Shown one piece after another: positions 26,038-35,345 of a stretch of 64,000 bases of DNA (its first letter is position 1; each line of letters opens with the position of its first letter). The stretch covers positions 17,780-81,779 of the forward strand of contig JBGVCT010000003.1 in assembly GCA_045118975.1 (NCBI GenBank), in the 5' to 3' direction. The notes beneath the pieces were generated by a model that made no database searches, was not told where the DNA came from, and saw nothing but the letters and a program-made list of their open reading frames with translations. The translations under genes were made by a program, and so were the position numbers. This DNA is from Bacilli bacterium. Its GTDB lineage: Bacteria > Bacillota_I > Bacilli_A > RFN20 > DUOF01.

Positions 26038-26526
26038 CTATACTTTTTTTCTAGGTGGATTATTTTCATATTTTGCTAAAACATTTGGACACAACTTACT
26101 TGTCTCATTAATAAATACATTCATTATTTGAATAATTTCAGCAATATATGTATGTCCTCTTCTTTGACTTTTATCAACTTTATATTCATCTAAGAACTTC
26201 TTTAATATATCTTGTTGTTTTTCTAAAAGATCCCTTTTGATTGCAGCCAATCTTCTAGCTTGAACTAGAGCTACATGCCACTCTTTTAGTTGATATCCTT
26301 TTTGCTTAGCAATCTTTCTTACATTCTTTTCTATTTCTTTTAACTCTTTCTTTGTCCCCTCTGGGCAAGTATCTATCCAATCTGCAATAAACTCAGAAGG
26401 ATCTTCTTCATATTCAGGAATTCTAAAAGGAGATTTACCATTTGGGTTTATCCATTTTTTTCCTGCTGCTTTGTTTTTTTCCATCATCGCTGTGATTTCT
26501 TTAATTTCGGCTTCATATTTAAGCAT
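26038..26526 (-). CDS. hypothetical protein (162 aa)
   Basis: The ATG at 26526 follows GGAGTG; the track GTG at 26535 is an over-extension. I recognise no family. Confidence 0.6.
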   Translation of the reverse strand: MLKYEAEIKEITAMMEKNKAAGKKWINPNGKSPFRIPEYEEDPSEFIADWIDTCPEGTKKELKEIEKNVRKIAKQKGYQLKEWHVALVQARRLAAIKRDLLEKQQDILKKFLDEYKVDKSQRRGHTYIAEIIQIMNVFINETSKLCPNVLAKYENNPPRKKV

Positions 26527-26547
26527 ATCTATCACTCCATCGATAAT

Positions 26548-26576
26548 ATTTTATCATTGCAAACGAGTGTTTTCAA
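26548..26576 (-). promoter_or_regulatory. sigma-A-type promoter of the 162-aa gene
   Basis: On the minus strand, TTGAAA is followed by 17 nt and then TAAAAT. Confidence 0.35.
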
Positions 26577-26579
26577 TCA

Positions 26580-27092
26580 TTATTTTCTAGCCTTATCAAT
26601 AAATCTTTTTCCTATTTTTTCTTTCAAAAAAGTATCAAATTCTTCTTCACCAATACCTACAAAACCATTTCTCTCCATAATAAAAGCCTGCGTTCTAGTA
26701 ATAAACAAAAAATAGTACTCTTTACTTTTGTATACAGAGAGTAACTCTTTATAGTAGTATTCATCGTTAAAGTCACCTAATTTGGAAACTTGATTTATAC
26801 TAACGCATTCATCAAGAAACGAAAATGTTTGCCTTGCCCCACATCTGAGTAATGCATTCTTTTTAATATTTTCGCTTTCTAATAGTTTAATAAAATAATG
26901 CACAAATATCGGTAAACTTATAGCTAAAACAAGATATATGTATCCCGCATATTGAAAAAACAATAATAAAACTCCAATTAAGCACAACAAAAAAGAAGTT
27001 ATATAAGAAAGTAGTTTAACCTTTTTATATAACAACTTTTGAAATGCTTTATAACTTTTTATAGTATAAACAGAAACATTAATCCTTTTCAT
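26580..27092 (-). CDS. YcxB-like membrane protein (two TM helices plus a C-terminal YcxB/PH-like domain)
   Basis: The 170 aa product has a TM pair (FLLCLIGVLLLFF and IYLVLAISLPIFVHYFI) and then a soluble domain with a pattern similar to YcxB-family proteins. Confidence 0.5.
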   Translation of the reverse strand: MKRINVSVYTIKSYKAFQKLLYKKVKLLSYITSFLLCLIGVLLLFFQYAGYIYLVLAISLPIFVHYFIKLLESENIKKNALLRCGARQTFSFLDECVSINQVSKLGDFNDEYYYKELLSVYKSKEYYFLFITRTQAFIMERNGFVGIGEEEFDTFLKEKIGKRFIDKARK

Positions 27093-27098
27093 GTTTTT

Positions 27099-27893
27099 TT
27101 ATGGTCTTGTAACAGAGCCCATTCTAAGTCTATTTCTAGTTGTTTGTCTGTTTTCTGTTGTAATTTTTTCTGGGCCTTCTGTTGTAGATTCTGTTGTAGA
27201 TTCTGTTGTATTTTGTTTTTGGTCATTAACGATAGATCCAGATCCCTTCCCCACCATAGCAACTGTTTGAGCATATTTGCTTGGATCATATTTTAAACTA
27301 TCATATCGTGTTGATCTAGGAGATGGTAACCCCTTAAGAATGTTATTTATATCTGTTGAAGTTGCTTTTGCTGGTGATTTACTTGCCATATCTACACCAA
27401 GTCCCAGTTTAGCATCTTTTTGCCCCGCTTTATTTCTTTTTGCTAAATTTTTAAGTTCACTCTTTTTGGTTTGATCATTAAGCTTTTTGAAGTTTTCCCT
27501 GTTTTCCTTCATTTGATTTTTTATATTTTTATAGTCTTCTTTACTTTGCATAAGTTTTTCACGAATCTTCATTAGTTCAAGCGCCATTCTTTTTTTCTTG
27601 CCAACTTTTTCTTCAATTCGTGCTCTAACTAGTAAATCGCTGTACTTATTGTACATTTCTTCCATGTGATCAAAAAGTTCTTGTCTTTCTTCTTCTAAAA
27701 GATCATATTCTCCATTTAAAAATTCTTGTATTACTAAAGAAGCATACAAGCATTCTTCCATTTCCTTTAATTCATCTTCGCTTAGTTCGCCTTCTTTTAA
27801 TATTTCTAATCTTTCTTCTACTTCTTTATCAATTAAAAGTCTAGTTTCTTCGTCCATGCGCCTAGCAATATTAGCTATTTCTCTTTTTGTCAC
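27099..27893 (-). CDS. hypothetical coiled-coil protein with a T/E/S-rich tail
   Basis: The start is assigned to the GTG at 27893, 5 nt after AGGTGAG. The track GTG at 27902 lies inside that RBS. The product is acidic and helical at the N-terminus, K-rich in the middle, and carries TTESTTESTTE near the C-terminus. Confidence 0.6.
   Translation of the reverse strand: MTKREIANIARRMDEETRLLIDKEVEERLEILKEGELSEDELKEMEECLYASLVIQEFLNGEYDLLEEERQELFDHMEEMYNKYSDLLVRARIEEKVGKKKRMALELMKIREKLMQSKEDYKNIKNQMKENRENFKKLNDQTKKSELKNLAKRNKAGQKDAKLGLGVDMASKSPAKATSTDINNILKGLPSPRSTRYDSLKYDPSKYAQTVAMVGKGSGSIVNDQKQNTTESTTESTTEGPEKITTENRQTTRNRLRMGSVTRP
27177..27210 (-). repeat. 12-nt tandem repeat (about 2.8 copies) inside a CDS
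   Basis: On the plus strand, TTCTGTTGTAGA occurs twice plus a partial copy, encoding TTESTTESTTE. A degenerate copy lies at 27153-27164. Confidence 0.8.
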
Positions 27894-27915
27894 AGCACTC
27901 ACCTACTCTATTTAG

Positions 27916-27944
27916 ATTTTATATAAAAATGTTATCTTAGTCAA
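27916..27944 (-). promoter_or_regulatory. sigma-A-type promoter of the 27099-27893 / YcxB-like operon
   Basis: On the minus strand, TTGACT is followed by 17 nt and then TAAAAT, then the leader CTAAATAGAGTAGGTGAGT. Confidence 0.4.
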
Positions 27945-28028
27945 ATAATCATCTATCAAGATTACACTTTTCCACACTCTAATTATTTAAATCCCCAAAT
28001 AAACATTATTTTTTCTCATTTACCTTCT

Positions 28029-28060
28029 AAAAAAAATAAAAGCATATCATTTAGATATGC
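28029..28060 (-). terminator. rho-independent terminator of spoVIF
   Basis: Hairpin GCATATC-taaat-GATATGC followed by TTTTATTTTTTTT. Confidence 0.65.
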
Positions 28061-28067
28061 CCTTATT

Positions 28068-28304
28068 CTATAAATTTTTATCCAAGTTCTTTGGTATTTT
28101 ATCTTTTATAATAGCATCAATAATTTTTTCTTCTCTTTCTTTACTAACTTCTTTTCCCGCAAGTTTAGCAACATCTTTAATAATTTTTCTTAGTTCATCT
28201 TCATCTTTCAAATTTTTATTTTGTATAGATTTAGCAAGTGAAACTATATCCTCTTTTTTTACTTTTGTTTTAGCTTCTACTTTAGAAAAAATATCATTAT
28301 TCAT
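28068..28304 (-). CDS. spoVIF: stage VI sporulation protein F
   Basis: The 78 aa product starts at an ATG preceded by GGGAGGA. MNNDIFSKVEAKTKVKKEDIVSLAKSIQNKNLKDEDELRKIIKDVAKLAGKEVSKEREEKII is collinear with B. subtilis SpoVIF (YjcC) as I recall it. The track start at 28370 is an over-extension. Confidence 0.7.
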   Translation of the reverse strand: MNNDIFSKVEAKTKVKKEDIVSLAKSIQNKNLKDEDELRKIIKDVAKLAGKEVSKEREEKIIDAIIKDKIPKNLDKNL

Positions 28305-28350
28305 ATAAATCCTCCCAGTAGAATATATGCTAATGCCTACTTTTTTGTTA

Positions 28351-28381
28351 ATAAAAAAGAAGCCTAGCAAAACTAGACTTC
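28351..28381 (-). terminator. rho-independent terminator of the CPBP protease gene
   Basis: Hairpin GAAGTCTAG-ttttg-CTAGGCTTC with one G-U pair, followed by TTTTTTATT. Confidence 0.55.
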
Positions 28382-29110
28382 TTTATTTTTCTTTAAAGAC
28401 ATAGCAAGATATAAAGCATATCCTCCAGTAATGATTGCAAGTAATATAGCACTAATCATTTGCGCTTCAATAGTAGCATTTGCCTCATTTGAAAAAGCAC
28501 TCAAAGCATTAAACAGGCCATGAGAAGCAATACACAAAAGTAAACTACCACTCTTATAATATATCATCACAAACATAAATCCTGCCGCCGTGGCATAAAC
28601 AACTTGTAATAAATTAGATATTAATTGCATTCCTGAACCATTAAACAAATTAATAATATGTCCTATACCGAAAGTAATGCTTGAAACTATAATAGCAGCC
28701 TTTAAACTATCTTGCTTCATCCCATTGAATAACAATCCCCTAAAAATTATCTCTTCTAGAAGCCCAACAAAGAGCATAGTTAAAACATAAAATATTGTTT
28801 CTATCACTCCATAATTTAAAGTCAAACCATACCATAAATTAGCTGTAAGCATAATTAAAATAGGTATATAAAAAAGCATGTTCTTAGCTTTTATATCACT
28901 TTTACAAATCCCATGCTCTTTCAATAACTTATGTTTAGTTAAAAACCATACCAGTATAATAGAAAGACCTAGACTTATAGCAAGCGTGATTGACTTTTCC
29001 ACACCTATGAGCACAGAAAAGTAATCACCAACAGACATTAACACACAATATGCAATAATCCAGGTGATTGCAAACCATATTTTACTTTTATCATATAGTC
29101 TTTTTAACAT
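28373..29110 (-). CDS. CPBP-family intramembrane glutamic endopeptidase (CAAX protease-like)
   Basis: It is polytopic, with the motifs EEIIFRG and FGIGH plus HGLFN. Confidence 0.85.
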   Translation of the reverse strand: MLKRLYDKSKIWFAITWIIAYCVLMSVGDYFSVLIGVEKSITLAISLGLSIILVWFLTKHKLLKEHGICKSDIKAKNMLFYIPILIMLTANLWYGLTLNYGVIETIFYVLTMLFVGLLEEIIFRGLLFNGMKQDSLKAAIIVSSITFGIGHIINLFNGSGMQLISNLLQVVYATAAGFMFVMIYYKSGSLLLCIASHGLFNALSAFSNEANATIEAQMISAILLAIITGGYALYLAMSLKKNKEV

Positions 29111-29132
29111 ATTACACCTCTTGGTTTAAAAT

Positions 29133-30443
29133 TTATTCTTTTTTGCTTCTACACTTAATAACTATAGGCGTCCCCTCAAATCCAAACGCCTCTCTTAATT
29201 TATTTTCAATAAATCTTTGGTAAGAAAAATGAAGATATTTTGGGTCGTTTACAAACAAAACAAAATATGGAGGTTGAGCACTAACTTGATTAGCATATAA
29301 CACTCTCAAAATTCCCCCATTAAATTCTAATGGTGGTGTTCTAGTAATTGCTTCAAGTAAAACATCGTTTAATACTGAAGTAGAAATTCTTTTTGTAGAA
29401 CTTTCATAGCTTGTTGTTATTGCTTTAAACAAAGTATCAATTCTCTCATTTTTTAAAGCACTAACAAAAACAATCTCAGCATAACTTAAAAACTTAAATT
29501 CATTTCTAATTTGTTTTTCCATTGCAGCCATTGTATGGGTATCCTTAACAACAGCATCCCACTTATTAACAACAATAACAACAGCTTTACCTGCTTCATG
29601 AGCATATCCTGCTACATGTTTATCTTGCTCTTTAATTCCATCTTTTCCATCAATAACAATACAACAAACATCACTTCTGTCAATTGCACTAAGAGCCCTT
29701 AATGCAGCGTATTTATCAATCGATTCAAATATTTTTCCCTTTTTCTTTAGTCCAGCCGTATCTATTGCAACATATTGAACTCCATCTCTAGTAAAAGGTG
29801 TGTCTATTGCATCTCTAGTAGTTCCCTCAATATTAGAAACAATAACTCTATCTTCTCCTAAAATAGCATTAGTCAAACTAGATTTTCCTACATTTGGTCT
29901 ACCAATAAAAGAGAATCTAACACTTCCTTCATAGTCCTCATATTCTTTATTTGGAAATGATTTAACTATTTCATCTAGTAAATCACCAATACCAACACCA
30001 TGAATACCACTAACTGCAATTGGATCTCCTAATCCTAAAGTATAAAAATCATAAATACTATTCTTCTTACTTCCATCATCAACTTTATTAACCGCAAGAA
30101 TAACCTTTTTCTTACTTCTTTTTAGTAAAGAAGCAATATACATATCATCATTATCGCAACCTGTTCTACCATCACAAATATAAACAATAATATCTGCTTC
30201 TTCTATAGCAATTTGAGCTTGCATTCTAATTAATTCTTGGAATGGAGCATCTTTCAATTCAATACCACCTGTATCAATTACTCTAAAATCCTTCCCAAGC
30301 CAACTTGCCTTTGCATACAATCTATCTCTAGTTACTCCAGGAGTATCTTCTATAATAGATTTTCTTTCACCAATTATACGATTAAATATTGTAGACTTTC
30401 CTACATTTGGCTTACCTATAAATGCTACAACTGCCTCTATCAT
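29133..30443 (-). CDS. der: ribosome-associated GTPase Der/EngA
   Basis: It has two tandem G domains (GKPNVGKST and GRPNVGKSS) and a KH-like C-terminus. Confidence 0.97.
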   Translation of the reverse strand: MIEAVVAFIGKPNVGKSTIFNRIIGERKSIIEDTPGVTRDRLYAKASWLGKDFRVIDTGGIELKDAPFQELIRMQAQIAIEEADIIVYICDGRTGCDNDDMYIASLLKRSKKKVILAVNKVDDGSKKNSIYDFYTLGLGDPIAVSGIHGVGIGDLLDEIVKSFPNKEYEDYEGSVRFSFIGRPNVGKSSLTNAILGEDRVIVSNIEGTTRDAIDTPFTRDGVQYVAIDTAGLKKKGKIFESIDKYAALRALSAIDRSDVCCIVIDGKDGIKEQDKHVAGYAHEAGKAVVIVVNKWDAVVKDTHTMAAMEKQIRNEFKFLSYAEIVFVSALKNERIDTLFKAITTSYESSTKRISTSVLNDVLLEAITRTPPLEFNGGILRVLYANQVSAQPPYFVLFVNDPKYLHFSYQRFIENKLREAFGFEGTPIVIKCRSKKE

Positions 30444-30447
30444 ATAC

Positions 30448-31107
30448 TCACACCCTTTCTTCTACTAATCTTAGAACACAATTAACCACTTCATCAAAAC
30501 TCATGTTTGTTGTATCAATCACTATTGCTTCATCAACTTTTACTAAAGCCTTAGAAACATAAGTATCCACATAATCTCTATGTTCTAGATTTTTTAATAC
30601 ATCTTCATAACTTGTATTAATTCCCTTTTCTAAATTTTCTTTATAACGTCTATCCGCCCTTACACTTAAATCTGCTATTTGATATATCTTCAATTCTGCA
30701 TCTTTTAAAACAACTGAAGCAATATCTCTTCCATCCATTATTACCCCTCTTGCTTTACCCATTTCTTGTTGTTTAACTACAAGTGCACTTCTAACAACAG
30801 GATTAGCAACAATCTTAGGTAACATTTCATTAACCTCTTTACTCCTTATTTGTACGGTAACATTCTCACCATTTAAAAATACTTCACCATCTTTAGCAAC
30901 ATAGTCATATTTTTCATTTAATATAGTTTCAATTTTATTATCATCACTAGAAGAAATTTTGTTTTTAACTAATAAATAAGCAACACATCTATACATACTT
31001 CCGGTATCAACATAAGTATAGCCTAGTTTCTTAGCAACAACTTTTGCCACACTAGATTTACCACTGCCAGCTAATCCATCTATTGCAATATTTATCTTTT
31101 TCATCAT
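30448..31107 (-). CDS. cmk: cytidylate kinase
   Basis: It starts IAIDGLAGSGKSS, has YVDTGSMYR, and is 219 aa long. Confidence 0.95.
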   Translation of the reverse strand: MMKKINIAIDGLAGSGKSSVAKVVAKKLGYTYVDTGSMYRCVAYLLVKNKISSSDDNKIETILNEKYDYVAKDGEVFLNGENVTVQIRSKEVNEMLPKIVANPVVRSALVVKQQEMGKARGVIMDGRDIASVVLKDAELKIYQIADLSVRADRRYKENLEKGINTSYEDVLKNLEHRDYVDTYVSKALVKVDEAIVIDTTNMSFDEVVNCVLRLVEERV

Positions 31108-31121
31108 TTCCCCTCCTTACA

Positions 31122-31150
31122 ATAAAAAAGTACTTTTTAGCTAAGTACTT
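31122..31150 (-). terminator. rho-independent terminator
   Basis: Two copies of the self-complementary AAGTACTT, separated by 7 nt, form an 8-bp stem. TTTTTTATT follows on the minus strand. Confidence 0.5.
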
Positions 31151-31151
31151 T

Positions 31152-31871
31152 TTAACTCCTTAAAATAACAATTGAGATAGCAACACCTATTGCAACAATT
31201 GCCACTAATAGTATCGATAGCATTGCTATTGCCCTACCATTAGATTTTCTTATCTTTATATTTAACTCTTTTCTTACATCCACACCAGTATGTTGATTTA
31301 TATTTTTTTGCATCATCTCTGCTGTATATGTATCAGTAACAGGTGATCTTTTGTGTCCTCTGTTTTGATCAATTAACTCTTTTTGTCTTTCAAACTTAGC
31401 TCTAAGAATTTCTTCAGCTTTAAGCAGTTTGTTATAACTTACTGGTTGCTCAATAGAGAATTCATTATCCTCTTTCACCATTGGAACCTTCTTTGATTTC
31501 TTAGCCTCTTTTTTTGAAACTTCTTCAACTTGAGGCGCTTTTATATCTTTAAAAGTCTCCGCTAAATCGCTCAAATCAGAAATGTTAAAATTTGCACTTT
31601 TTTGATCTGCCACATCTGCTAAATCCTCTACAACAAATGCATCTTTTTCCTTGTCTGCAATATCTCCTAAATCTTCAACAATTAAAGAATCCTTTTCTTT
31701 ATCTGAAAGGTCTGCTAAATCCTCTATTACCAAAGAATCCTTTTCTTTATCTGACACATCACCTAAATCTTCTAACTCAAAAGCATCAAGATTTAATCCA
31801 TGTGAGTTACTATCAACAGTATCTATTTGATCATATAATTTTTTGTTCTTTTCAACACGGGATTTTTTCAT
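31152..31871 (-). CDS. acidic tandem-repeat protein with a C-terminal TM anchor, unknown function
   Basis: The ATG at 31871 follows GGAAGGTGAAG. There are three and a half 16-aa repeats, EDL(G/A)D(V/L/I)(S/A)DKEKD(S/A)(L/F)(V/I)(I/V). The C-terminus AIAMLSILLVAIVAIGVAISIVIL is a tail anchor. Confidence 0.65.
   Translation of the reverse strand: MKKSRVEKNKKLYDQIDTVDSNSHGLNLDAFELEDLGDVSDKEKDSLVIEDLADLSDKEKDSLIVEDLGDIADKEKDAFVVEDLADVADQKSANFNISDLSDLAETFKDIKAPQVEEVSKKEAKKSKKVPMVKEDNEFSIEQPVSYNKLLKAEEILRAKFERQKELIDQNRGHKRSPVTDTYTAEMMQKNINQHTGVDVRKELNIKIRKSNGRAIAMLSILLVAIVAIGVAISIVILRS
31580..31775 (-). repeat. 48-nt in-frame tandem repeat (about 3.5-4 copies)
   Basis: The period was read directly from the codons. 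The Glu codons of successive EDL units fall at 31626-28, 31674-76, 31722-24 and 31770-72. Confidence 0.8.
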
Positions 31872-31924
31872 AAACTTCACCTTCCACATATATCTAATAT
31901 AAGTATATTTTAAATTACCTTTTA

Positions 31925-31953
31925 TTGCAAATAAATATTAGTTACTTTATAAT
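31925..31953 (+). promoter_or_regulatory. sigma-A-type promoter of the ferredoxin gene
   Basis: TTGCAA is followed by 17 nt and then TATAAT. The GGGAGGAG RBS is downstream. Confidence 0.5.
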
Positions 31954-31983
31954 TTATTTTGTATCGGGAGGAGATATATAAAT

Positions 31984-32178
31984 ATGAAAAAAGCTGTTGT
32001 AAAAAAAGATGTTTGCATCGGTTGTGGCCTTTGCACATCAATAGCAAGTGAAGTATTTGGCTTCGCTGATGATGGATTAGCAGAGAATATTCTTGGTGGA
32101 GACGTTCCTGCAGGAAGTGAAGATGCAGTTCAAGAGTCTGCAGATTCTTGCCCAGTAGGCGCTATCGAAGTAGAATAA
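31984..32178 (+). CDS. small ferredoxin (single [Fe-S] cluster type)
   Basis: The 64 aa product has CIGCGLC...CP. Confidence 0.85.
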   Translation: MKKAVVKKDVCIGCGLCTSIASEVFGFADDGLAENILGGDVPAGSEDAVQESADSCPVGAIEVE

Positions 32179-32184
32179 AAAAAC

Positions 32185-32212
32185 AATTGGAACCTTGCGT
32201 TCCAATTTTTTA
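32185..32212 (+). terminator. rho-independent terminator of the ferredoxin gene
   Basis: Hairpin AATTGGAAC-cttgc-GTTCCAATT followed by TTTTT. Confidence 0.75.
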
Positions 32213-32277
32213 TTTCTAACAACATTTATTAGCGAAAATATCAATAATTTATTATACTATTTCTCGAGGTGCATTTT

Positions 32278-33054
32278 ATGAAAAAATATTCAAACCACAT
32301 CATAGTTTTAGATTTAGATGAAACTTTATTAACTTCAGACAAAAATATTACTCCTAATACTTTGAATACTCTTTCAAGGTGTAAAGAAAAAGGATTTAAT
32401 ATCGCTATTTCTTCAACTAGAGGTTATGGTTCATGTATTAATGTTGCAAATCTTATTGATGCCGATTATATTTGTTGCCAAGCTGGAAATATGATCGTAG
32501 ATAAAGATAAAAACATTCTTTATAAACATCCTTTTTCCACACAAGATATATCAGATTTCATAGATTATTTTAGTAAGTATACTAATAATTTTATAATTGA
32601 TTCCGACACTGCCCTTTATGGTGGAGTAGATGATGATTTTTCTCATTCTTGGGGCGTTATTTATAAAACAAATGAGGAACTAAAAAAGTTGCCATCATAT
32701 AAAATTTGTGCCTATTATGAACCCCATTATAAGCAAGAAATGATAGATTATTGCAAAAAGCATAATTTTGTATGCATCGAGATGAGAGGAAATGATTTTA
32801 TTATGCTTATAACACCTGCAAATAGCGATAAATATTATGCTCTTGAGCAACTAATAAACATACTTAATACAGATCATTCAAAACTTGTGGTTTTTGGCGA
32901 TGACACAAGTGATTTATTATCTATTCAAAAAGCCGGATATGGTGTTGCGATGGCTAATTCTAGACAAATTGTTTTAGAAAAGGCAAAATACATCACTCTT
33001 TCAAATGATGAAGATGGAGTTGCTCACTTTTTAAACAAAACATTTGAAATATAA
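32278..33054 (+). CDS. Cof-type HAD-IIB phosphatase
   Basis: It has IIVLDLDETLL (DxD), STRG and FGDDTSDL. The ATG follows GAGGTG. Confidence 0.8.
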   Translation: MKKYSNHIIVLDLDETLLTSDKNITPNTLNTLSRCKEKGFNIAISSTRGYGSCINVANLIDADYICCQAGNMIVDKDKNILYKHPFSTQDISDFIDYFSKYTNNFIIDSDTALYGGVDDDFSHSWGVIYKTNEELKKLPSYKICAYYEPHYKQEMIDYCKKHNFVCIEMRGNDFIMLITPANSDKYYALEQLINILNTDHSKLVVFGDDTSDLLSIQKAGYGVAMANSRQIVLEKAKYITLSNDEDGVAHFLNKTFEI

Positions 33055-33073
33055 TTTTATAAAGCTCATCGGG

Positions 33074-33102
33074 TGAAGAATTTAGTATTCTTCATCTTTT
33101 TA
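33074..33102 (+). terminator. rho-independent terminator
   Basis: Hairpin TGAAGAAT-ttagt-ATTCTTCA followed by TCTTTTT. Confidence 0.6.
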
Positions 33103-33153
33103 TTTTCCTCCTTATACACTTTTGGTTTATTTTTTTATAAATTTCATTTATAG

Positions 33154-34323
<1,170 letters not shown>

Positions 34324-34324
34324 T

Positions 34325-35344
34325 ATGAGAACTGATGATTTTGATTATTTTTTACCAGAAGAATTGATTGCTCAAACTCCCCTTTTAAAAAGAGAAACAT
34401 CTAGACTATTAGTGCTAGATAAAAAAAGTGGCACTTATGAAGATAAACACTTTTACGATATTATAGATTATTTAAATCCTGGCGATATTCTAGTTAGAAA
34501 TAACACAAAAGTTATACCTGCTAGAATATTTGGAACTAAAAAAGATACTGGTGCTCATGTAGAGGTTTTAATTTTAAAAGAATTGGATTCAGCACATGAA
34601 TGTTTAGTTGGTAATGCAAGAGTTGTAAAAGTAGGAACAGAAATAATCTTTAGTGATAAATTAAAAGCAACGTGCCTAGAAGTTAAAGATGAAGGAATAA
34701 GAATTTTAAAATTTGAAGCGAAAGGAATCTTTTTAGAAGTTTTAGAGGAAATTGGAAACATGCCTCTTCCTCCATACATAAAAGAAAAACTTGAAGATAA
34801 AAACAGATATCAAACTGTATATGCAAAATTTAATGGTAGTGCCGCTGCTCCTACTGCAGGATTACACTTTACAGATGATTTATTTACTAAGTTAAAAGAA
34901 AAAGGAATTGAAGTGTTAGATGTTACATTACATGTTGGCTTAGGTACTTTTAGACCTGTTAAAGTGGATGATGTCAAAAATCACGTAATGCACAAAGAAG
35001 AGTATTTTATGAGTGCGGAAGTTGCAGAAAAATTAAATAACGCTAAGCAAGATGGAAAAAGAATTATTGCAGTGGGAACAACTTCTACTAGAGTTTTAGA
35101 AACTGTGATGAATAAGTATGGTAAATTTAAAGAGTGTCATGAGGAAAGCGACATCTTTATCTATCCAGGATATGAGTTTAAAGCCATTACTTCTTTAATA
35201 ACTAATTTTCACTTACCTAAATCCACACTCATTATGCTAGTTAGTGCTCTTGCGGGAAAAGAAAATATTATGGAGGCATACAAGCACGCTGTAGAAGAAC
35301 AATATAGATTCTTCTCTTTTGGTGATGCTATGTTTATAAAATAA
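34325..35344 (+). CDS. queA: S-adenosylmethionine:tRNA ribosyltransferase-isomerase
   Basis: It has [27 protein letters not shown] and VGTTSTR. Confidence 0.95.
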   Translation: MRTDDFDYFLPEELIAQTPLLKRETSRLLVLDKKSGTYEDKHFYDIIDYLNPGDILVRNNTKVIPARIFGTKKDTGAHVEVLILKELDSAHECLVGNARVVKVGTEIIFSDKLKATCLEVKDEGIRILKFEAKGIFLEVLEEIGNMPLPPYIKEKLEDKNRYQTVYAKFNGSAAAPTAGLHFTDDLFTKLKEKGIEVLDVTLHVGLGTFRPVKVDDVKNHVMHKEEYFMSAEVAEKLNNAKQDGKRIIAVGTTSTRVLETVMNKYGKFKECHEESDIFIYPGYEFKAITSLITNFHLPKSTLIMLVSALAGKENIMEAYKHAVEEQYRFFSFGDAMFIK

Positions 35345-35345
35345 T

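Noticed and set aside
28322-28348. A sigma-K-type promoter for spoVIF (AC-17 nt-CATATATT on the minus strand).
   Set aside because: The match is loose, because the -10 lacks the terminal TA of CATAnnnTA. The implied transcription start would fall at or within the GGGAGG SD. This is too weak to list as a feature, although spoVIF is sigma-K-dependent in B. subtilis.
31580-31775. I considered whether the tandem repeats at 31580-31775 and 27177-27210 could be CRISPR-like or intergenic repeat arrays.
   Set aside because: Both are in frame within long ORFs, have no unique spacers, and have periods (48 nt and 12 nt, contiguous) that do not fit CRISPR architecture. No cas genes are present.
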